A stretch of 64,000 bases of DNA from an uncultured Pelagibacteraceae bacterium (GTDB taxonomy: Bacteria; Pseudomonadota; Alphaproteobacteria; Pelagibacterales; Pelagibacteraceae). Below, piece after piece: positions 30,243 through 41,090 of the stretch (within the stretch, counting starts at the first letter, position 1; each line of letters starts with the position of its first letter). The position numbers and the translations under genes were made by a program. The notes beneath the pieces are model-generated. The model was given only the letters and a program-made list of their open reading frames with translations. It did not search any database and was not told the origin of the DNA. The stretch spans positions 13,732 to 77,731 of the forward strand of contig CACONR010000002.1 in NCBI GenBank assembly GCA_902628565.1, read 5' to 3'.

Positions 30243-30807
30243 AATAGGAATTTTAGGAGATATAGGATCCGGAAAAAGCTTTATAGCCAAATCATTTGGT
30301 TACCCAGTATTTAATGCTGATAGTGAAGTTGGAAAATTATATAAAAAAAATAAAAGAATTTTTATTAAACTAAACAAGTCTTTACCTAAACATATCACTC
30401 AATTTCCAATAAAAAAACAAGAAGTAACAAGAGCGATATTGGTAAATAAAAATAATTTAAAAAAGATTATTCAAATCATTCATCCCGAAATAAGAAAGAA
30501 AATAAATATCTTTTTAAAGAAAAACAAAAAAAGTAAACTTATCGTTTTAGATGTTCCTCTATTACTTGAAAATAGATTAAATAAAAGAAAAGATATTTTG
30601 ATATTTATTCAATCTAGGAGAACTGAAATTTTAAAAAGATTGAAAAAAAGGCAAAATTTTAACTCAAAAATTATAAATAGATTCAGAAAAATACAACTAC
30701 CGCTCGACTATAAAAGAAAAAAATCAAACTTTATAATTAAAAATAATTTTACAAACAACAATATTAAAAATCAGATAAGATATATTCTTAAACAAATAAT
30801 TAAATGA
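30235..30807 (+). CDS. coaE: Dephospho-CoA kinase
   Basis: GDIGSGKS P-loop, IIHP, DVPLLLE motifs; synteny. Confidence 0.92.
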   Translation: MIRIGILGDIGSGKSFIAKSFGYPVFNADSEVGKLYKKNKRIFIKLNKSLPKHITQFPIKKQEVTRAILVNKNNLKKIIQIIHPEIRKKINIFLKKNKKSKLIVLDVPLLLENRLNKRKDILIFIQSRRTEILKRLKKRQNFNSKIINRFRKIQLPLDYKRKKSNFIIKNNFTNNNIKNQIRYILKQIIK

Positions 30808-31469
30808 AAGAAGTAATTTTAGATACAGAAACAACGGGATTGTCTGTCAAAGAGGGTCACCGAATAGTTGAGATAGGATGTATTGAGCTGGAAAATTTAA
30901 TCCCTACAAACAATAACTTTCATTGTTATTTAAATCCCGAAAGAAAAGTTTCTGAAAAAGCTTTAGAAACTCATGGATATACAGATAAATTCCTTTCAGA
31001 TAAAAAAAAATTTAAAGAGGTAGCAGATGATTTTTTACTCTATATAAAAGGGAAAAAATTGATTATTCATAATGCTGAATTTGATTTATCGCATTTAAAT
31101 AATGAACTAAAAATAGCAGGTAAAAATTTAATTAATAATGAAATAATAGATACAGTTATTTTAGCTAGAGATAAATTTCCAGGATCATCAAATAGCCTAG
31201 ATGCTTTATGTAAAAGATACAGAATAGATAATTCCAAAAGAGAAAAACATACAGCTTTAATTGACTGCGATTTATTATCAAAAGTTTATATTAATCTAAT
31301 AGATCAAAAAGAACCAAAACTGAATTTTAGTAATGAGATTAGTCATGATAATCAAACATTAAAAAAAAATATTTCGTATTTTAAAAAAGTTATAAGACCT
31401 AGTGAAAAAGAAAAAATAAATCATGAAAAATATTTAAAAACTAGTTTAAAGAAAAATTTTTTTAATTAA
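30804..31469 (+). CDS. dnaQ: DNA polymerase III epsilon subunit
   Basis: DTETTG, HNAEFD, SLDALC, HTALID motifs. Confidence 0.97.
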   Translation: MKEVILDTETTGLSVKEGHRIVEIGCIELENLIPTNNNFHCYLNPERKVSEKALETHGYTDKFLSDKKKFKEVADDFLLYIKGKKLIIHNAEFDLSHLNNELKIAGKNLINNEIIDTVILARDKFPGSSNSLDALCKRYRIDNSKREKHTALIDCDLLSKVYINLIDQKEPKLNFSNEISHDNQTLKKNISYFKKVIRPSEKEKINHEKYLKTSLKKNFFN

Positions 31470-31887
31470 ACTTTTTGTTATAAAGATCTTCAAAATCTAT
31501 TTTTTTTTCAAATTTAATATTTGGATAGCCTGATGTATGCAAAAGATTAAGCAAGGCCTTTTCTATTTCTGGATAAACTTCTTTTTGAACATCACATAAG
31601 ATTATTTTTTGAAGAACATTTTTATCTTTGATTTCTTTATTGAGCTTTATTACAGAAGTATAGGTCATTTCAAAATGCGATTTTTTTTTACTTTCTGTAT
31701 TATCATGAAATTTTAGATTTGTATTTATCTCAACAAACTGAGTTTTTAAGGGTTTTGAGTTTATCTCAATATGTAATTGATATTTAGATATAAAATCTTT
31801 TACGTATAAATATGTTTCAACATCAGGTGTTTCACCAGAAAGGTCTTTTATAAATTTACTCATTATTTTATAATTTTCGTTCATCAT
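31462..31887 (-). CDS. secB: Protein-export chaperone SecB (divergent)
   Basis: FIKDLS.E.P, SGYP and IDF..LY motifs; dnaQ/secB/fxsA synteny; I prefer the ATG at 31887. Confidence 0.75.
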   Translation of the reverse strand: MMNENYKIMSKFIKDLSGETPDVETYLYVKDFISKYQLHIEINSKPLKTQFVEINTNLKFHDNTESKKKSHFEMTYTSVIKLNKEIKDKNVLQKIILCDVQKEVYPEIEKALLNLLHTSGYPNIKFEKKIDFEDLYNKKFN

Positions 31888-32293
31888 CTTCCTCAATGTC
31901 TTCAAATTCACCCTCTATATATGGTTTTTTAATTTTTGTCTCACTCTTAAATTTTTTAATAATTTTCCCAAAAAATAATTTTCTTGTAAGAGGAAAAATT
32001 AAAAGAAACCCAAGTAAGTCAGTTGCAAAACCAGGAATTATTAATAATAAGGCCGCAAATGCTATTGCTGCACCAGAGATAATTTCATAAATCGGTGCTT
32101 CATTTTTTATTAATTGCGAAAAACCAGATCTCAGAGTATTTAAACCTTCATATCTTGCATAAATAACGCCAATTATCGCCGTGATAAATATGAGTGAAAT
32201 TGTGTTAAACGCACCTATTTGGCCACCTATTTTAATAAATAGATAGATTTCTACTATAGGTACTAAGATAAGAGTAATCAATACTGAGTTCAT
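31868..32293 (-). CDS. fxsA: FxsA family membrane protein
   Basis: PIVEIYLFI, TAIIG, LLIIPGFATD.LG, IEGEF motifs. Confidence 0.92.
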   Translation of the reverse strand: MNSVLITLILVPIVEIYLFIKIGGQIGAFNTISLIFITAIIGVIYARYEGLNTLRSGFSQLIKNEAPIYEIISGAAIAFAALLLIIPGFATDLLGFLLIFPLTRKLFFGKIIKKFKSETKIKKPYIEGEFEDIEEDDERKL

Positions 32294-32350
32294 TTGTCTT
32301 TAATCTAATTGCTAGTTGAAATTAATCAACATAGTAATTAGATTATTACT

Positions 32351-32947
32351 ATGAATTACAGTTTTGAATATATCGATATTATATTACTTGCAATGATAGC
32401 TGGATTTATTTTTTTAAGATTAAGAGGTATCCTTGGAAAAAGAACTGGCTTTGAAGGGAAAAACCCACAACAATTCCAAGAAATTTTAAAAGAGGTTCAT
32501 CAAGAAAGTAATTTAAAACAAGAAGAGAATTTTGATAAAAAAGCACAAGGCGAATTTTTAAAAGGTGCAAAGATCGCTTATGAAACTATTATCACTGATT
32601 TTAGTGATAATGATAATAAGCTAATAGCAAGTAAACCTTTACTAAGTAAAGAAATTTATAATGAATTTAACAAAGCTCTTAAAGATAGAAGCAATAGAGG
32701 GCATTACGCTGAAATTACTTTTATTGGAATTAAATCAGCTGATATAAAAGAACATAAAAAAATAGATAAAGCTTTGCAAGTTACGGTAGATTTTGTAAGC
32801 GAAATTATTACTTGTATTCGAGACAAAGAAAAAAAAATTATTTCAGGTAGTCCTGATAAGATAAAAACTATTTATGATACTTGGACCTTTTCAAGGGATA
32901 TGAGATCAAATAATCCAAATTGGTTGCTGGTAAATACACTTAATTAA
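32351..32947 (+). CDS. Tim44/TimA-like membrane-anchored adaptor
   Basis: FLRLRGILGKRTG, FLKGAKIAYE, WTFSR...PNWLL motifs. Confidence 0.88.
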   Translation: MNYSFEYIDIILLAMIAGFIFLRLRGILGKRTGFEGKNPQQFQEILKEVHQESNLKQEENFDKKAQGEFLKGAKIAYETIITDFSDNDNKLIASKPLLSKEIYNEFNKALKDRSNRGHYAEITFIGIKSADIKEHKKIDKALQVTVDFVSEIITCIRDKEKKIISGSPDKIKTIYDTWTFSRDMRSNNPNWLLVNTLN

Positions 32948-33358
32948 GTGAATAGTAAAATTTCAGAAAAAGATAAAAAAATTTGGAACGAATTTTTATC
33001 AAACGATCAAAAATTACCTGATAAGGATAACTTTCAAACAGAAATAAATGTCAAAAAAACTAGATCTTTAGATCTTCATGGCAAAACTCTTGATGAGGCA
33101 AATCGAGTTATAGAAAATTTTATTAGAAAATCTTATCAAGAAAAAGTTCATAAATTAATAATTGTTACTGGCAAGGGCCTTCACTCTAAAAATGAAATGG
33201 ATCCGTATGTATCTAAAGATTTAGGAATCTTAAAATATTCTATACCTAATTTTTTGAAAAATAATTCAGAGTTAATGAAAATGATCTCGAATATAAGCGG
33301 TGCGAGCATAGCAGACGGGGGAACGGGAGCTTTTTATATTTTTTTAAAAAAGAATTAA
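32948..33358 (+). CDS. Smr domain protein
   Basis: LDLHG, IVTGKG, GGTGAFY motifs; GTG start. Confidence 0.9.
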   Translation: MNSKISEKDKKIWNEFLSNDQKLPDKDNFQTEINVKKTRSLDLHGKTLDEANRVIENFIRKSYQEKVHKLIIVTGKGLHSKNEMDPYVSKDLGILKYSIPNFLKNNSELMKMISNISGASIADGGTGAFYIFLKKN

Positions 33359-33400
33359 TCTATATATTTTAGATATTTTAAACATATAATGATTTAAAAA

Positions 33401-34237
33401 ATGATAGTTTGGTTAGCATCATATCCAAAAAGTGGAAATACTTTAGTAAGATCTTTATTATCATCATATATATTTTCTAAGGATGGAATTTTTAATTTTG
33501 AATTATTAAAAAATATCAAGCAATTTCCAAATAATTCATTATTCAAGCAAATAGGTGTTGATACTAATAATGATGAGGAAATGTATAAAAATTATATCAA
33601 TACTCAAAAGATTTTTAATAAAAAAGATTCAATTAGATTTTTAAAAACACATAGTTGTTTTATGAACACCAAAACATTTCAATTTACTGATCGGCACAAT
33701 ACCCTTGGAGTAATATACATAGTTAGAGACCCAAGAAATATAGTCACTTCTCACTCACACCATTTTCAAAAAACTCCACATGAGTCTCTCGAAAGTTTAT
33801 TATCACATCAAGTTCTCACTAAAGATGCTAGACATTGCACAACTTATCTAGGCTCATGGAAATTTCATTATAATTCATGGAAAGTCTTTAGAAGATTTAA
33901 TAAATATTTGCTGGTCAGGTATGAGGATTTGATAAATGATACTGAAAAAACTTTTTTAAATATTTTAAAATTTATTGCTCACCTTGGTCGGGTTAAGTTT
34001 TCATTAGACAAAAAAAAATTTGAGAATACTCTTAAAACAACAGGATTTGAGAAAATGCAGGCTCTTGAGGCCAAAGAAAGTTTTGCTGAGGCAAAAGAGG
34101 ATAAAAACACTGGAAAAAAAATTAAATTTTTTAATATGGGAAAGAGAAATGATTGGAAAAAACTTTTAGATAAAAATATTAAAGAGAGTTTAGATAAAGA
34201 ATTAGCTGATGAAATGAAAGAGCTAAATTATCTTTAA
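33401..34237 (+). CDS. PAPS-dependent sulfotransferase
   Basis: 5'-PSB loop WLASYPKSGNT, KTH, 3'-PB YIVRDPRN..S, RYEDL, FF..G...W motifs. Confidence 0.9.
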   Translation: MIVWLASYPKSGNTLVRSLLSSYIFSKDGIFNFELLKNIKQFPNNSLFKQIGVDTNNDEEMYKNYINTQKIFNKKDSIRFLKTHSCFMNTKTFQFTDRHNTLGVIYIVRDPRNIVTSHSHHFQKTPHESLESLLSHQVLTKDARHCTTYLGSWKFHYNSWKVFRRFNKYLLVRYEDLINDTEKTFLNILKFIAHLGRVKFSLDKKKFENTLKTTGFEKMQALEAKESFAEAKEDKNTGKKIKFFNMGKRNDWKKLLDKNIKESLDKELADEMKELNYL

Positions 34238-34241
34238 TACT

Positions 34242-35615
34242 TTAAAGAATAAATTTTGATAAGTCAGTATCTTTTACAAGTGTATCTAAATTTTTATCTA
34301 TATAATCCTTATTTATTGTAATTTTTTCACCTGCTCTATCAGTTGCTGTGAAGCTAATTTCATCAAGTATTTTCTCAATAATTGTATGTAGTCTTCTAGC
34401 CCCAATATTTTCCACTGTTGCATTTACTTCAGATGCTATATTTGCAATTGCATCAATCCCATCTTCCGCGAACTCTAAATCTACATTTTCTGTTTTTAAC
34501 AAAGCTACATATTGTTTAATCAAACTATAGTCTGGTTCTTTTAGAATTCTTTTAAAATCTTCGCTTGTCAAAGCCTCCAACTCTACTCTAATGGGTAATC
34601 TACCTTGTAGTTCAGGTAATAGGTCTGATGGTTTTGCTAGTTGGAAAGCTCCTGATGCAATAAATAATATATGATCTGTTTTAATAGGACCATATTTTGT
34701 ATTAACTGTTGTACCTTCAATAAGAGGTAATAAATCTCTTTGTACTCCTTCTCTTGATACATCTCCTCCAACTCTATCAGTTCTGCCAGAAATTTTATCG
34801 ATTTCATCTAAAAAAACTATTCCATTATTTTCAGTTGAAATTTTAGCTGCTTTAATAATTTTATCCTGTTCAATCAATTTATCAGACTCATCATTAATTA
34901 ATATTTCATGAGATTCTTTTACAGTCATTTTTTTCTTTTTTTCTTTTGTGCCCATCGACTTTCCAAGCATTTCCCCAATATTGATCATACCAACATTCGC
35001 TCCTGGCATACCTGGAATTTCAAATGAAGTACCACTGCCACCTGTGTCACTTACAGCGATTTCTATTTCATTATTGTCTAAATCACCATCTCTTAATCTT
35101 TTTCTAAAACTTTCTCTTGTTGCAGTGCTTGCCTTTTTTCCAACTAAGGCATCTAAAACTTTTTCTTCTGCCATTTTCTGAGCTCTTGCATAAACTTCTT
35201 TTCTTTTTTTTATTTTTTCCATTGAAATAGCTATTTCAATTAAATCTCTTACTATTTGTTCAACATCTCTTCCCACATATCCAACTTCCGTAAATCTTGT
35301 AGCTTCAACTTTAACAAATGGAGCTTCAGCAAGTTTTGATAGTCTTCTAGATATTTCAGTTTTTCCAACTCCAGTTGGTCCAATCATGAGTATATTTTTT
35401 GGTAAAACTTCATTCTTCATTTCACCTTTTAAAGCTTGTCTTCTCCATCTATTTCTAAGTGCAACAGCTACAGCTTTTTTTGCTTTATTTTGACCGACTA
35501 CAAACCTATCTAATTCTGAAACAATTTCTCTTGGCGATAATGAACTAACTAAAGTTTCATTATCTTTGGAATTTTTATCTTTTGGAACAAGAGGTGTAAC
35601 GTTAGATTTTTCCAT
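34242..35615 (-). CDS. hslU: ATP-dependent protease ATPase subunit HslU
   Basis: [32 protein letters not shown] motifs. Confidence 0.98.
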   Translation of the reverse strand: MEKSNVTPLVPKDKNSKDNETLVSSLSPREIVSELDRFVVGQNKAKKAVAVALRNRWRRQALKGEMKNEVLPKNILMIGPTGVGKTEISRRLSKLAEAPFVKVEATRFTEVGYVGRDVEQIVRDLIEIAISMEKIKKRKEVYARAQKMAEEKVLDALVGKKASTATRESFRKRLRDGDLDNNEIEIAVSDTGGSGTSFEIPGMPGANVGMINIGEMLGKSMGTKEKKKKMTVKESHEILINDESDKLIEQDKIIKAAKISTENNGIVFLDEIDKISGRTDRVGGDVSREGVQRDLLPLIEGTTVNTKYGPIKTDHILFIASGAFQLAKPSDLLPELQGRLPIRVELEALTSEDFKRILKEPDYSLIKQYVALLKTENVDLEFAEDGIDAIANIASEVNATVENIGARRLHTIIEKILDEISFTATDRAGEKITINKDYIDKNLDTLVKDTDLSKFIL

Positions 35616-36130
35616 TATATTTTTTCAACCTTAATATTATTATTTGTAAAAACACAAATTTCTGAAGCAACTTCAATAGCTTTTTTTGCTACCTCTTCAG
35701 CACTCATATCTGTACCCATTAAAACTTTCCCAGCTGCCAAAGCATAATTACCACCTGAGCCAATTCCAATGACATCGCCCTCTGGCTCCAGCACATCTCC
35801 AGTTCCAGAAATAATATAACTATTATCTTTGTCACCAATAGCCATAAGTGCCTCAAGTCTTCTCAGATATTTATCTGTTCGCCAGTCTTTTGCCAATTCA
35901 ACAGCGGCTCTTGATAAGTTTCCTGCATGTTTTTCTATTTTTGCTTCTAATCTTTCGAACAAAGTTAAAGCATCTGCAGTGGATCCTGCAAATCCTGCCA
36001 CAACATCTCTTTTTTCAATTTTTCTTACTTTTGACGCAGTACTTTTAACAACAGTATTTCCCATACTAACCTGTCCATCACCAGCAACTACTACTTCATT
36101 ATTTTTTCTTACCAAAACAATCGTTGTCAT
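35615..36130 (-). CDS. hslV: ATP-dependent protease peptidase subunit HslV
   Basis: N-terminal [22 protein letters not shown] motifs. Confidence 0.98.
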   Translation of the reverse strand: MTTIVLVRKNNEVVVAGDGQVSMGNTVVKSTASKVRKIEKRDVVAGFAGSTADALTLFERLEAKIEKHAGNLSRAAVELAKDWRTDKYLRRLEALMAIGDKDNSYIISGTGDVLEPEGDVIGIGSGGNYALAAGKVLMGTDMSAEEVAKKAIEVASEICVFTNNNIKVEKI

Positions 36131-36135
36131 AGCTT

Positions 36136-36165
36136 ATAAATGGATACTAAATTTGATAGTTCAAG
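36136..36165 (-). promoter_or_regulatory. Putative RpoH promoter of hslVU
   Basis: Minus strand CTTGAA-N14-ATCCATTT, ending about 7 nt before the ATG. Confidence 0.65.
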
Positions 36166-36222
36166 CCCAGGTTTAGTATTATTGCCATATTTGGATAATA
36201 TATGTATACCTCTTTTTTAATT

Positions 36223-36813
36223 ATGAAGCGTAAAGGTAAAATAAGTCGAAAAACAAAAGAGACCAGTATAAGTGTTGATCTCAACATTGATGGTAAAGGT
36301 AAGTACAAGATTGATACTGGAATAGGATTTCTAAATCACATGCTAGAGCAATTATCCAAGCATTCATCAATTGATATGAATATAAAAGCTAAAGGAGATA
36401 CTCATATTGATCTTCACCACACAACAGAAGACACAGGAATTGCAATCGGTGAGGCTTTAAAAAAAGCACTTAAAAAATCTGTTGGTATTAGAAGATATGC
36501 ACACGCAATGATACCAATGGATGAAACTTTATCGCGAGTTGCAATTGATATTTCGAACAGACCTTATTTAATTTGGAAAGTAAAATTAAAAGTCGAAAAG
36601 CTAGGCGAGATGGATACAGAACTTTTTAAAGAGTGGTTTCAGGCTTTTTCTCAAGCGGCAGGAATTACTTTGCACGTAGAAAATATTTATGGTGATAATA
36701 GTCACCACATTATTGAGTCCTGTTTCAAAGGATTAGCAAGATCATTAAGAGCTGCATTAGAGATAGACCCTAGGAATAGTAAATCAATTCCATCTACTAA
36801 AGGCTCATTATAA
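36223..36813 (+). CDS. hisB: Imidazoleglycerol-phosphate dehydratase
   Basis: [29 protein letters not shown] motifs; I prefer the ATG at 36223. Confidence 0.97.
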   Translation: MKRKGKISRKTKETSISVDLNIDGKGKYKIDTGIGFLNHMLEQLSKHSSIDMNIKAKGDTHIDLHHTTEDTGIAIGEALKKALKKSVGIRRYAHAMIPMDETLSRVAIDISNRPYLIWKVKLKVEKLGEMDTELFKEWFQAFSQAAGITLHVENIYGDNSHHIIESCFKGLARSLRAALEIDPRNSKSIPSTKGSL

Positions 36814-36818
36814 AATTA

Positions 36819-37445
36819 ATGAAAGTTACTATTGTTGATTACAACTCGGGCAATATAAGCTCGGTGATAAACTCTTTTAAAGAAGTTGCCAAAGATAAGG
36901 TAAATATTGAGGTTACTGCTGATTTAAATAAAATTAATTCAAGCGACAAAGTAGTTTTACCAGGGCAGGGCTCATTTAAAAGTTGTGTAGAAGCTCTAAA
37001 TAAAATTAATGGTCTAACGGAAACATTGAATGATTTTGCAATAAATAATAAAAAACCATTGCTTGGAATTTGTGTTGGCTTACAAATGTTTGCTGATATT
37101 GGTTATGAAGAAACAGAAACTAATGGTTTAGGTTGGATTTCTGGAAAAGTTTCAAAAATAGATAATCAAAATGGAAAATATAAACTTCCTCATATTGGTT
37201 GGAACCAGATAAATATTGTAAAGGATAGTAAACTTTTTAAAGATATTGCAAATAATTCACATATGTATTTTGTGCATAGTTATGAGTTTTTGCCAAATGA
37301 TAAAAATGTAATTTCAGCAACAACAGATTATTCATCAAATATTGTTTGCTCTGTTGAAAAAGAAAATATCTTTGGAACACAATTTCATCCTGAAAAAAGT
37401 GATAAGATTGGACTTACAATAATAAATAACTTTATAAATATTTAG
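36819..37445 (+). CDS. hisH: Imidazole glycerol phosphate synthase amidotransferase subunit
   Basis: GICVGLQ, PHIGWN, YFVHSY, QFHPEKS motifs. Confidence 0.97.
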   Translation: MKVTIVDYNSGNISSVINSFKEVAKDKVNIEVTADLNKINSSDKVVLPGQGSFKSCVEALNKINGLTETLNDFAINNKKPLLGICVGLQMFADIGYEETETNGLGWISGKVSKIDNQNGKYKLPHIGWNQINIVKDSKLFKDIANNSHMYFVHSYEFLPNDKNVISATTDYSSNIVCSVEKENIFGTQFHPEKSDKIGLTIINNFINI

Positions 37446-37449
37446 ATCC

Positions 37450-37593
37450 ATGAATAAACTTCTTCTAATAATCCTATGTTATTTTTTTCTTACTTCGTGC
37501 CAAAACATACAAAATAAAGAAAATAAAGAGAAAAAAAGTCTGAATAAAGAATTTACAATTTCAATTGAACCAAATGTAAAAGTCAATAAATGA
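37450..37593 (+). CDS. Small lipoprotein, 47 aa (not in ORF track)
   Basis: MNKLLLIILCYFFLTSC|[30 protein letters not shown]; lipobox LTSC; ATGA overlap with hisA. Confidence 0.65.
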   Translation: MNKLLLIILCYFFLTSCQNIQNKENKEKKSLNKEFTISIEPNVKVNK

Positions 37594-38306
37594 AAATATT
37601 TCCAGCGATTGATATTAAAGATAAAAAATGTGTGAGGTTAGTTAAAGGAGACTTTGATAATAAAACTGAGTATGAAATGTCTCCAGTTGAACAAGCTAGA
37701 AAATATAAAGATCATGGCTTTAAAAATTTACATATAGTTGATTTGGATGGAGCTTTAATTGGCGAAACTACTAATTTAGATATTATCCAAGATATAGTAG
37801 CTAAATTTGACCTCAAAATTGAGGTTGGTGGAGGTGTAAGAAATTTTGAAAGTATTCAAAAGTATACGTATGCTGGTGTTGAAAAAGTAATATTAGGCAG
37901 TGCTGCAATAAAAGATAAAAATTTTTTAAAAGAAGCATGTGAAAAATTTCCAAACAAAATTGCCTTAGGTTTAGATGCTAAAGATGGATTTTTATCAGTA
38001 TCTGGTTGGAAGGAAAATTCTAATCAATTAACTTTAGATTATTTAAAAGAAGTAAATGGTTATGGTGTTAGCAGATTGATTTATACAGATATCAACCGAG
38101 ATGGTATGAAACAGAGCCCAAATTTTGAAGAGACTTCAAAAGTTGCGGAGAAATCGAATTGTCCTGTGATTATTTCTGGCGGTGTTTCATCAATAGATGA
38201 TATTAAAAAAGCTAAAACTTTAAAAAATATTGAGGGTATTATAGTTGGTAAAGCTATTTATGATGGAGATATAAAGTTAGAGGAACTGGTAAAAGAAGAT
38301 GCTTAA
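37590..38306 (+). CDS. hisA: Phosphoribosylformimino-5-aminoimidazole carboxamide ribotide isomerase
   Basis: [30 protein letters not shown] motifs. Confidence 0.97.
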   Translation: MKIFPAIDIKDKKCVRLVKGDFDNKTEYEMSPVEQARKYKDHGFKNLHIVDLDGALIGETTNLDIIQDIVAKFDLKIEVGGGVRNFESIQKYTYAGVEKVILGSAAIKDKNFLKEACEKFPNKIALGLDAKDGFLSVSGWKENSNQLTLDYLKEVNGYGVSRLIYTDINRDGMKQSPNFEETSKVAEKSNCPVIISGGVSSIDDIKKAKTLKNIEGIIVGKAIYDGDIKLEELVKEDA

Positions 38307-39054
38307 AAACAGAATAATTCCTTGTTTAGACGTTAAAAACGGACGTGTAGTTAAAGGGATTAACTTTGTTGATTTAAAAGATGCAGGAGATCCAGTTGAA
38401 CAAGCAAAAATTTATTCTGATGGTGGTGCGGATGAAATTTGTCTTTTAGATATTACCGCTTCCAATGAAAATAGAGAGACAATTTATGATGTGGTTGAAA
38501 GAACATCAAAAAAATGCTTTGTTCCTTTAACTGTCGGTGGTGGAGTAAGAAGTATAGAGGATATAAATAAATTATTAAATTGTGGTGCTGACAAAGTATC
38601 TATTAATACTGCAGCTGTTGAAAATCCAAAAGTTGTTTTAGAAAGTTCAAAAAAGTTTGGTTCACAATGTATTGTTGTTGCAATTGATGCAAAGAAGAAT
38701 GGCGATAAATGGGAAATATTTACCCACGGAGGGAGAAACAATAGTGGTCTTGATGCTTTAGAGTATGCCAAAAAAATGGAAGATAGTGGGGCAGGAGAAT
38801 TACTTGTAACGTCAATGGATAGAGATGGAACACAAATAGGTTATGACGTTGAATTAATGAGTAAAATTGCATCAAAAGTAAATATACCTTTAATTGCCTC
38901 AGGAGGCGTTGGTAACTTAGATCATTTGGTTGATGGTATTAAATTAGGAAATGCAAGTGCAGTTTTGGCAGCATCAATATTTCACTATGGAAAACATTCA
39001 GTTCAAGAGGCTAAGGAATATTTGGACTCAAAAGGAATTCCTGTTAGAATTTAG
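38299..39054 (+). CDS. hisF: Imidazole glycerol phosphate synthase cyclase subunit
   Basis: [38 protein letters not shown] motifs. Confidence 0.98.
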   Translation: MLKNRIIPCLDVKNGRVVKGINFVDLKDAGDPVEQAKIYSDGGADEICLLDITASNENRETIYDVVERTSKKCFVPLTVGGGVRSIEDINKLLNCGADKVSINTAAVENPKVVLESSKKFGSQCIVVAIDAKKNGDKWEIFTHGGRNNSGLDALEYAKKMEDSGAGELLVTSMDRDGTQIGYDVELMSKIASKVNIPLIASGGVGNLDHLVDGIKLGNASAVLAASIFHYGKHSVQEAKEYLDSKGIPVRI

Positions 39055-39055
39055 A

Positions 39056-39328
39056 ATGTTAAGTGCACTAGAAAATTTGTTTAAACTTGCACGCGAAAGA
39101 AAAGCAAAGCCAGTCGATGGATCTTATACTAATAAATTACTATCAGATAAATCGCTTAGTAAATCAAAAGTTTTAGAGGAAATAAATGAATTAATCGAGG
39201 CTGTAGACAAAGATATTAATAAAATACACGAAGCTGCTGATGTATTTTATCATTTGATAATTTATCTAGAAGCAAATAACATTAAAATTGAAGACATTGA
39301 GATTGAGTTAGAAAATAGAAAAAAATAA
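39056..39328 (+). CDS. hisE: Phosphoribosyl-ATP diphosphatase
   Basis: SYT..L, KVLEE, EAADVFYH motifs; ATG at 39056. Confidence 0.93.
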   Translation: MLSALENLFKLARERKAKPVDGSYTNKLLSDKSLSKSKVLEEINELIEAVDKDINKIHEAADVFYHLIIYLEANNIKIEDIEIELENRKK

Positions 39329-39333
39329 AGTTA

Positions 39334-39678
39334 ATGAGCAAGATTAAGATAGTATTTTTTTTAATATTAGGTTTTGTTTTCTATAAAGGTTATGAAGCTT
39401 TTACAAAGTTTGAGATAGGAGTTTCCGATAGAGTAACTGAATTAGAGGAAAAAGCTGATTTTGAGAGACAAGGAGAGGTTATAGCTTTGATGATGTATTT
39501 AGGTGATCCTCCCAAATTAACCGAACATTTATTGGTTAAAAATGAGTCTAAATGCATAGAGATGAAGCAAATTGCTGAGGAAACGTCATTTGCCTATTAC
39601 GAATGTGCGATTGTTGATGCTAATTTAAAAGGTGGAAAAATAACCAGTATAAACCAAGAGCTCAAAGTTTTACAATGA
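39334..39678 (+). CDS. Hypothetical N-terminally anchored protein
   Basis: N-terminal hydrophobic segment, two Cys; ATGA overlap with the next gene. Confidence 0.65.
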   Translation: MSKIKIVFFLILGFVFYKGYEAFTKFEIGVSDRVTELEEKADFERQGEVIALMMYLGDPPKLTEHLLVKNESKCIEMKQIAEETSFAYYECAIVDANLKGGKITSINQELKVLQ

Positions 39679-40040
39679 CATATGATGACAACAACATTTT
39701 CGCAAAAATTCTAAGAGGTGAAATTCCTTGTAAAAAAATCTACGAAGATGACTTTGTGTTATCTTTTCACGATATAAATCCTCAAAAAAAAATTCACGCA
39801 TTAGTAATTCCAAAAGGAAAATATATAGATTTAGATGATTTCAGTAATAAAGCTTCACCAGATGAGATGGTAGGATTGTTAAAAGGTATTAATATAGTAG
39901 CAAAGAAACTTGGTATTTCAGTCGATACAGGTAAAGGATATAGAGCCTTAGCAAATATAAACGAGCATGGTGGTCAAGAAGTACCCCATCTTCATTTTCA
40001 TTTATTCGGTGGTCAACCAGTTGGTAAGATGGTGCAGTGA
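39675..40040 (+). CDS. HIT-family (HinT-like) nucleotide phosphoramidase
   Basis: NIFAKILRGEIP, HALVIPK, GGQEVPHLHFH motifs. Confidence 0.95.
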   Translation: MTYDDNNIFAKILRGEIPCKKIYEDDFVLSFHDINPQKKIHALVIPKGKYIDLDDFSNKASPDEMVGLLKGINIVAKKLGISVDTGKGYRALANINEHGGQEVPHLHFHLFGGQPVGKMVQ

Positions 40041-40540
40041 ATAAAAAAGTAGAGAGAAATTATTTAGAAATATCTTTTTTGGAAGATCTAAAGGACTCTA
40101 CAAATTTATCAGACCATTATTCGATAAATTTAGTTGACCCAGTTGATTTTCAATTAAATAAATTTTTTTATAAAAATATTGGCAAAAGTCATCATTGGGT
40201 AGACCGATTAATATGGGGCGAAAAACAATGGTTAGATTACGTTTCTGACAAAAAAGTTAAAACATACGTATTAAAGGATAAGGACGAACTAGCAGGTTAT
40301 TTTGAATTAATTTTACATAAAGATAAAAATGAAGTCGAGATAGCTTATTTGGGTTTATTGGAAGAATATCAAAATAAAAAATTAGGTTCATATCTATTAT
40401 CAGCAGCCATTAAAAATTCTTTTAAAGAAAAACCTAAAAGAGTTTGGGTTCATACATGTTCATTAGATCACAAAAATGCGTTAAATAATTATATCGCAAG
40501 AGGTATGAAAGTTTTTAAAAGAGAAACTATATTAATTTGA
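40037..40540 (+). CDS. GNAT N-acetyltransferase
   Basis: AGYFEL, YLGL..EYQNKKLG, VHTCSLDH..AL.NY..RG motifs; GTG start. Confidence 0.88.
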   Translation: MNKKVERNYLEISFLEDLKDSTNLSDHYSINLVDPVDFQLNKFFYKNIGKSHHWVDRLIWGEKQWLDYVSDKKVKTYVLKDKDELAGYFELILHKDKNEVEIAYLGLLEEYQNKKLGSYLLSAAIKNSFKEKPKRVWVHTCSLDHKNALNNYIARGMKVFKRETILI

Positions 40541-40541
40541 A

Positions 40542-41090
40542 TTAGTTTTGTTGAGGAAGTTTAAATATTTTTTTGTTTAATTTTTGATTTCTTTTAATTG
40601 AAGAAAGATAGGTAATGCTTACATTTTGATAGATATCCACTGTTTGCCATCCGACTAAGTTAAAAGTTTTCTTATCAAAAAATAAATTTATCTCATTTTC
40701 GTTTTCTACAAAATTAAAATTTATAAAATCATTACCGATATCTCTTTGATCTAAATTTTTTAATTTTTTTAATAAATATTCTTTATTAAGAATTGTTTCT
40801 AAAGGTGTTTTTTCAAGTGGATAAAAGTAATAACTGCTTAATGTTTTAATGACTAATGATTTTCCATTTGAAACTAAAACTTTTTTGTTACTTAAATTGT
40901 ATCTACAAAAAATTTTTTTTGGATACTCAATTACACAATTGCCATTCTCAATTTTACCATTAATATTTTGCTCAAATTCAAATGATACATTTTCAATATC
41001 TGTAAACTTTTTAATTATATTCTCTTTAATGGATGCTGAAACGCTAGAAATTGTCGATAAATAAATAATGAGAAAGATTAATATTTTCAT
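40542..41090 (-). CDS. lolA: Outer-membrane lipoprotein carrier LolA-like
   Basis: Signal peptide; FEQ, VSNGK, YPL..TPL, GW..D motifs; downstream of ftsK. Confidence 0.8.
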   Translation of the reverse strand: MKILIFLIIYLSTISSVSASIKENIIKKFTDIENVSFEFEQNINGKIENGNCVIEYPKKIFCRYNLSNKKVLVSNGKSLVIKTLSSYYFYPLEKTPLETILNKEYLLKKLKNLDQRDIGNDFINFNFVENENEINLFFDKKTFNLVGWQTVDIYQNVSITYLSSIKRNQKLNKKIFKLPQQN

